This document shows, piece by piece, positions 44,133 to 49,628 of a stretch of 49,628 bases of DNA (positions are counted from its first letter, which is position 1; every line of letters begins with the position of its first letter). The position numbers were made by a program, and so were the translations under genes. The stretch is from positions 1 through 49,628 of the forward strand of contig QHVC01000046.1 of the NCBI GenBank assembly GCA_003222205.1, written 5' to 3'. The stretch comes from Gemmatimonadota bacterium (GTDB lineage: Bacteria; Gemmatimonadota; Gemmatimonadetes; Gemmatimonadales; GWC2-71-9). The notes below the pieces were generated by a model, which saw nothing but the letters and a program-made list of their open reading frames with translations, was not told where the DNA came from and did not search any database.

Positions 44133-47111
44133 ATGACACGTCACGCGTTTCAGTGGCGCCCGAGGCTGTCGGGCGCAGTGGCGGCGGTAGTCGTCGCTTC
44201 CTTGTTCTCACTTGACGCCGTCGCCCTGGCGGCCCAGACGGGGACGATCGAAGGGAAGGTCACGGCCGTCAGCTCCGGTGAGCCCATCGCTGGGGCGGAG
44301 GTGGCGATCCCAGGGCTCAACTTGGGCGCGCGCGCGGGCGCGGACGGCAGCTTCAAGTTGCTGAACGTGCCGGTGGGGCTGCGCGAGCTCCGCATTCTCG
44401 CCATCGGCTACAAGGTCGTGACGCTGCGGCTTACCGTGAGCGCAGACAGCGCGAGCACCGTCACGGTGCAGCTGGCGCCGAGCCTGCTCCAGCTCGATGC
44501 CGTCGTGGTGACGGGGACGGCCGGACAGGCGCGTGTGCGTGAGATCGGGAACTCGATCGCGCAGGTCAACCTTTCGCAGGTCAAAGACCCGCCCGCCAAC
44601 ATGGACCAGTTGCTCCAGGCTCGGGCGCCGGGCCTCAGCGTGATGCAGACGAGCGGGATGGCCGGCGAAGGGGCGCAGATCCGCCTGCGCGGCGCCGTCA
44701 GCGTCTCGCAGAGCAATCAGCCGATCGTCTACGTGGACGGCGTCCGCGTGCGCAGCGAAGGCTATCGCCGCAACCGCCCGCCGCAGCCGGGCTCAGACGG
44801 GTTTCGCGGCGGCAATTACCAAGCGAGCCCGCTCAACGACATCAATCCCGCCGACATCGACCACATCGAGATCATCAAGGGTGCGGCGGCCAGCACCTTG
44901 TACGGCACCGAAGCCGCGGCCGGCGTGATCCAGATCTTTACCAAACGCGGCACCAGCGGGGCGACGCACTGGACCTTCGAAATGGGGCAGGGCTTCGACC
45001 AGTTGCGGCCGTTCGGTACCGACTCGGTGCCGTATCTCAATCTCCGGCCGGCGAGCAGCCCCAGGGGCCAGTGCGTTTCGAACCCCGTGCCGGGGTGTTC
45101 CTGGATCCGCAACGGCTACCGGGCGCGCTACGTCGGCTCGGTGTCAGGTGGGTCCGCGGGATTCCAGTACTTCGTGTCGGGGAACTGGGAGGACAACGAT
45201 GGCGTGTTGCCGCTCGACAACGAGCAGAAGCTCGGCACGCGAGGAAACTTCAGCTTCAATTTGATGGACAACCTCAAATTCGAGTGGAACACCGCCTACT
45301 CGAAGACCGATCTCTCGAATACGCCATCGGGAAACAATGCGCAGGGGCTGGTGCTCAACGTGTACCGGGCGGAGCAGAACTACCGGAACTCGAGCGACCC
45401 GCGGGTGCTCGACTCGCTGCTCAACTGGAGGCTGACGACCGGCATTCAGCGGCTCACCAGCGGCGCCACCGTCACCTACACACCGATCCCTTGGTTCACT
45501 AATCGGTTCACGGTGGGCTACGACGTGGCGCAGCAGGAAAACCGCAACCTCCGTCCCTTCGCGTTTGTCAGCCAGCCGGAAGGCCGGTTGTCCGATGAAC
45601 AGATTCGCTACTCGCTCCTCACGGCGGACTACGTGGGCAACATCGATTTCCGGCTGGTGGGCGAGGTCGGGTCCACGTTCTCGTTCGGCGGCCAGAGCAT
45701 CACCGCCGACCTGGCTCGCACCACCGCGTTCGGCCAGGGCTTCCCTGGGCCGAGTGACCCGGTCGTCACCGACGCCCGCACGTTCCTCGCGGGCGAGGAC
45801 CGCCTGCGCGTGATCAATGCGGGGTTCTTCTTCCAGAACCTTTTCAAGCTGAGGGACCGGTATTTTCTGACCGGCGGCCTGCGGTTCGACGGCAACAGCG
45901 CCTTTGGGAAGTCACTCGGTCTCCAGGTCTACCCCAAGATGAGCGGATCGTACGTCATCTCGGAGGAGCCGTTTTGGCCCCAGACTCTCGGGGAGCTGAA
46001 GCTTCGCGGCTCCCTCGGTTGGTCGGGGCGGGCGCCAGGGGCGTTCGACGCCCTCAGGACTTGGTTGGCGTGCACCTCGAACAATCAGTCCTGTTTCCTT
46101 CCCGGGACCATCGGCAACCCGGACGTCGGGCCCGAGCGCACTCGAGAAGCGGAGCTGGGCTTCGATGCCGCGTTGTTTCGCAACCGCCTGACCCTGGAAT
46201 TCACCTGGTACCATCGGTTGACGACCGACGCCCTCTTCCCGGTGCGCCAGGTGCCCTCCGACGGCTTCCCCGCCAACCAGAACTTCAACGTCGGCAGTAT
46301 GTCCAATGCCGGGATCGAGTTCGCCGTCAACGGGGCGATCGTCAATCGGCCCACCTGGGGACTGGATCTCGGTGGGAGCATTTACACGAACCACGGGCTG
46401 GTCCGTGACCTCGGTGGGGCCGTCCCGTTCGCCGCCGGCGGTGGGTGGGTGGAGGCGGGCTTTCCCCCCATGGTCGCCATCGGCACGCTCATCCGGAATC
46501 CCAACGAGATTGCGCCGCCCGATACCATGATCTGCCGCAACGTCCCGCTCCCCAATCGGCACTGCACCTCGACCGGCCGTTATGTGTTCGGTCCGCAGCA
46601 GCCGACCCTCATCCTGGGCACGAGCGCCACCCTGCGGCTCCCCAAAGGCATCACCCTGTCCGCGCGGGGCGAGTATCAAGGCGGGGCGTGGATCAATGAC
46701 GGGGCGTCGACCCAGGCGCTGCTGCGGTCGGTTCGCTGGCCGACCTGCGCGCGGGCCTACCCGTTCCTGGCCGCGGGGGACACGAACAGCCTGACCGCCC
46801 GGGAGCGACTTGAGTGCCTGCCGCTCGCCTTTGCTCGGGCCGGCGACGCGAGCATCATGTGGTTCCCGCAGGACTTCTTCAAACTGCGCGACATCACGCT
46901 CACCGTCCCCGTTGGCTGGGCCATCCGTCGCGCCACCTCGGCCACGCTTGCCATCACGGTTCAGAACTACTTCAAGTGGATCAACCGGCAGCTCCGGATG
47001 TTCGATCCCGAAATGGTCGGCCGGGACGCGCTTGACTCGCAGAACCGGGACATCTCCGAACACGTCCCTCCGCCCGCCGTCATCACCGTCAATCTCCGCG
47101 TCGCGTTCTGA
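44133..47111 (+). CDS. SusC/RagA-type TonB-dependent transporter
   Basis: Signal peptide, N-terminal carboxypeptidase-regulatory-like domain, LDAVVVTG TonB box, plug DINPADI..IEIIKG.AA..LYG..AA.GVI.I.TK, GNPDV.PE and terminal Phe. Confidence 0.93.
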   Translation: MTRHAFQWRPRLSGAVAAVVVASLFSLDAVALAAQTGTIEGKVTAVSSGEPIAGAEVAIPGLNLGARAGADGSFKLLNVPVGLRELRILAIGYKVVTLRLTVSADSASTVTVQLAPSLLQLDAVVVTGTAGQARVREIGNSIAQVNLSQVKDPPANMDQLLQARAPGLSVMQTSGMAGEGAQIRLRGAVSVSQSNQPIVYVDGVRVRSEGYRRNRPPQPGSDGFRGGNYQASPLNDINPADIDHIEIIKGAAASTLYGTEAAAGVIQIFTKRGTSGATHWTFEMGQGFDQLRPFGTDSVPYLNLRPASSPRGQCVSNPVPGCSWIRNGYRARYVGSVSGGSAGFQYFVSGNWEDNDGVLPLDNEQKLGTRGNFSFNLMDNLKFEWNTAYSKTDLSNTPSGNNAQGLVLNVYRAEQNYRNSSDPRVLDSLLNWRLTTGIQRLTSGATVTYTPIPWFTNRFTVGYDVAQQENRNLRPFAFVSQPEGRLSDEQIRYSLLTADYVGNIDFRLVGEVGSTFSFGGQSITADLARTTAFGQGFPGPSDPVVTDARTFLAGEDRLRVINAGFFFQNLFKLRDRYFLTGGLRFDGNSAFGKSLGLQVYPKMSGSYVISEEPFWPQTLGELKLRGSLGWSGRAPGAFDALRTWLACTSNNQSCFLPGTIGNPDVGPERTREAELGFDAALFRNRLTLEFTWYHRLTTDALFPVRQVPSDGFPANQNFNVGSMSNAGIEFAVNGAIVNRPTWGLDLGGSIYTNHGLVRDLGGAVPFAAGGGWVEAGFPPMVAIGTLIRNPNEIAPPDTMICRNVPLPNRHCTSTGRYVFGPQQPTLILGTSATLRLPKGITLSARGEYQGGAWINDGASTQALLRSVRWPTCARAYPFLAAGDTNSLTARERLECLPLAFARAGDASIMWFPQDFFKLRDITLTVPVGWAIRRATSATLAITVQNYFKWINRQLRMFDPEMVGRDALDSQNRDISEHVPPPAVITVNLRVAF

Positions 47112-47124
47112 GGAGGACCAGACC

Positions 47125-48534
47125 ATGCGTACTCATCACGATTCGGCGGTCGCGCGGGTGATCGTGCGGTGGCGCGGTTCCCTCCTCGGCACGGTGTTCC
47201 TGGTGGCTGCGTGCGACACCTCGGTCACGAACCCCGGACTGATTCCGGACCGGGCCCTCGACAACCCGGCGGCGTGGCCTGCTGTCGTCATCGGCGCGCG
47301 CCGCGCGCTGGCGGATGCGCTCGGCAGCGCCTCCGGTACCGGCGGACAGTTGCTGTATTGGGGCGCCGCCGTCAGCTACGAGATCAACCCCGCCGGCTCG
47401 ACCGGCAGCTTCGGCATCCCACCGGACGTCCAGGGCGGCCTGCTGTTGGAGGCCACGACGAACGCTGACTGGACCTCCTCGAACCAGGCCCGCTTCGTCG
47501 CCGAAGAGGCCGTCCGGCGATTCCAGCGGGTGATGCCCGACACCCTCTTCGCCACGTCCCCGCTCGTGGCCCAATCGTATCTCTACGCGGGCTACGCCAA
47601 TCGCCTGCTGGGAGAGAACTTTTGCCAGTCCGTGATTCCGGTGCAGAACCCGGACGGGTCGCTCTCGCCGGGGTTCCTTGGGCCCTCCACGCTGTACCTG
47701 CAGCGGGCCGACACCGCGTTCACGAACGCGTTGGCGACCGCGACCGCGTCCGGGAAGACCGACACGGCCACCACGAATTTCAAACGCGTGGCTCTCGCGG
47801 GCCGGGCCTCGGTGCGGGCGGACCTTGCCACCTACGGCCTGGCGAACTGGTCCGACGTGACGGCGGACGCGGCGTTGGTACCCGACACGACCCGGTTTCT
47901 GATTCCGTACTCGGACCAGAACACCGATCAGTACAACTATCTGTATTGGGCCCGCGCGGGCACCCCGTACCGCGCCCACACCGAGTGGGGCACCTTCTAC
48001 GAGCTGTACTATCGGGCGACGCGGGACCCTCGGGTGAAATGGGATTCCACGGGACTGAACGGAGACGCCGCCGTCGCGCGGTTCGGCGGATTGGTGCCCT
48101 TCTGGCCGGAAGCGAAGTATGCGGCCACGACGGCTCCCGTGCGGCTCTCGAGCGGGTGGGAGATGCGCCTGCTCGAGGCCGAGGCGGCGCTCGTGGGCGG
48201 TGACACCGCCACGGCGCGGGCCAAGATGGACCTCCGCCGCGCGACGCTGACGCCGGTCCAGCCGGGGGTCACCTTCACCAACGTCACTGAAGCCTGGACG
48301 GCGCTCAAGACCGAACGGGCCCTTGAGCTGTGGCTCGAGGCACGACGCCTGGGGGATTTGCGGCGCTGGCTCGACAACGCGGTGCCCGGCGATCCACCCG
48401 ACGGCCTCTACCGCGATACCAACAGCGATGGCGTCAACGATGCGCGCGTCGAAACCATGACGACCCCGGTGGCCCGTTCCCTGTGCTTTGCGGTCGGAAG
48501 AAACGAGCGTGAGACGAACCCGAACATCCCCTGA
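47125..48534 (+). CDS. SusD/RagB-type lipoprotein
   Basis: AGGAGG RBS, lipobox VAAC, E.RLLEAEA and ER..ELWLE.RR..DLRR motifs; directly after susC. Confidence 0.88.
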   Translation: MRTHHDSAVARVIVRWRGSLLGTVFLVAACDTSVTNPGLIPDRALDNPAAWPAVVIGARRALADALGSASGTGGQLLYWGAAVSYEINPAGSTGSFGIPPDVQGGLLLEATTNADWTSSNQARFVAEEAVRRFQRVMPDTLFATSPLVAQSYLYAGYANRLLGENFCQSVIPVQNPDGSLSPGFLGPSTLYLQRADTAFTNALATATASGKTDTATTNFKRVALAGRASVRADLATYGLANWSDVTADAALVPDTTRFLIPYSDQNTDQYNYLYWARAGTPYRAHTEWGTFYELYYRATRDPRVKWDSTGLNGDAAVARFGGLVPFWPEAKYAATTAPVRLSSGWEMRLLEAEAALVGGDTATARAKMDLRRATLTPVQPGVTFTNVTEAWTALKTERALELWLEARRLGDLRRWLDNAVPGDPPDGLYRDTNSDGVNDARVETMTTPVARSLCFAVGRNERETNPNIP

Positions 48535-49012
48535 GGCGCCACGCCGGCAGGCGGCACCGCGCGCGGTGCTGTGTCTCTCGGTATTCGTGTGGGCGTTGGG
48601 CTGCTACACGTATGTGCCCGCGACGACCGAGGCGGTGCCGGTGGGTGTGCGCGTCCGCGCCCTGATGTCCAGCGAGGCCGAGGTCCGGTTGGGAGACTCG
48701 CTCGGACTGGAGCGGGGGGCCCTGCGGGGCACCCTGTTGGAGCGGGACAGCAGCCGGTTACTGATCCAGGTCCAGATGGCGACCGGCGCGAGAGCGTTCG
48801 GAGCGCAACCGTTGTTTCAGCGGATCGCGGTCAGGCCGCAAGACGTGCTGCGCGTGGAGGTGCGACGGATGAATGGAGTGCGTACCGGGGTGCTCGCGGC
48901 GGTCCTGGCTGGCGCTGCGGCCATCGTCCTCGTCCAGGGGTTCGGTCTGCTCCGGCCCGGCACGCCGGAACCACCGCCCGGCGGGCCGCCCGACTTGTGG
49001 GGGACGCGCTGA
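48509..49012 (+). CDS. hypothetical lipoprotein with C-terminal TM helix
   Basis: Lipobox ALGC-YTY, small beta domain, hydrophobic C-terminal helix and Pro-rich tail. Start uncertain. Confidence 0.7.
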   Translation: MRRTRTSPEAPRRQAAPRAVLCLSVFVWALGCYTYVPATTEAVPVGVRVRALMSSEAEVRLGDSLGLERGALRGTLLERDSSRLLIQVQMATGARAFGAQPLFQRIAVRPQDVLRVEVRRMNGVRTGVLAAVLAGAAAIVLVQGFGLLRPGTPEPPPGGPPDLWGTR

Positions 49013-49044
49013 CCCTGGGCCGTATCTTCAAGTAGCGCCCCCCC

Positions 49045-49074
49045 TTGACCGAGGTCGTGAGGCCCGGTTAGCAT
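49045..49074 (+). promoter_or_regulatory. rrn promoter TTGACC-N18-TAGCAT
   Basis: Upstream of boxB/boxA and the 16S gene. Confidence 0.65.
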
Positions 49075-49082
49075 TCAATTCT

Positions 49083-49119
49083 GCCCGCGAGCTTTTGTCG
49101 CGGGCGTGCTCTTTGAGAA
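49083..49119 (+). promoter_or_regulatory. rrn antitermination boxB-like hairpin and boxA
   Basis: GCCCGCGA-loop-TCGCGGGC followed by TGCTCTTTGAGAA (boxA consensus TGCTCTTT). Confidence 0.8.
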
Positions 49120-49252
49120 CTGATGGTCGAGCGTGAAGGAGTGCGGCCCCATTTGGAGCGGCACGCGGTCAGACGCGTGTCGTGAGGGGTTTCGACTCTG
49201 ACGTGATACGGACGACAGAATTACAGTCGTTCATTCGAGCTATTTCGAATTC

Positions 49253-49628
<376 letters not shown>

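Noticed and set aside
43936-49012. Mobile island at tRNA-Arg, or a riboswitch ahead of susC
   Set aside because: No integrase or att repeat is visible. The leader lacks recognisable cobalamin, TPP or SAM core motifs by eye; an Rfam scan would settle it.

Overview
A very GC-rich bacterial chromosomal window made mostly of housekeeping genes. The partial 16S rRNA, the SusC/SusD pair and the gene order suggest Gemmatimonadota; this is by recognition, not a database search. It contains serS, an orphan histidine kinase, pcrA/uvrD, gatCAB, murA (Cys-to-Asp variant), pgeF, and a long rimP-nusA-L7Ae-infB-DUF503-rbfA-truB-ribF-secDF-tatD-fhs-ridA run ending in tRNA-Sec. After that come a hybrid PAS kinase, murI, an lpxH-like gene, deoC with a two-domain ALDH16-type dehydrogenase, an envelope gene cluster, rdgB, tRNA-Pro, tRNA-Arg, a SusC/SusD/lipoprotein cassette and the start of an rRNA operon. 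I found no CRISPR array, transposase, integrase or prophage gene. Three things most deserve follow-up. (1) A tightly coupled envelope cluster built around an Omp85 barrel fused to an intact zinc-peptidase domain and a beta-propeller, flanked by an exported HEAT-repeat cyclophilin, a possibly LolB-like lipoprotein and LptE. (2) A dispersed set of 7- and 8-bp tandem repeats, two of them inverted pairs lying in frame inside proteins. (3) A sharp A/T-ending codon patch inside pgeF. All functional interpretations of these three are inference.
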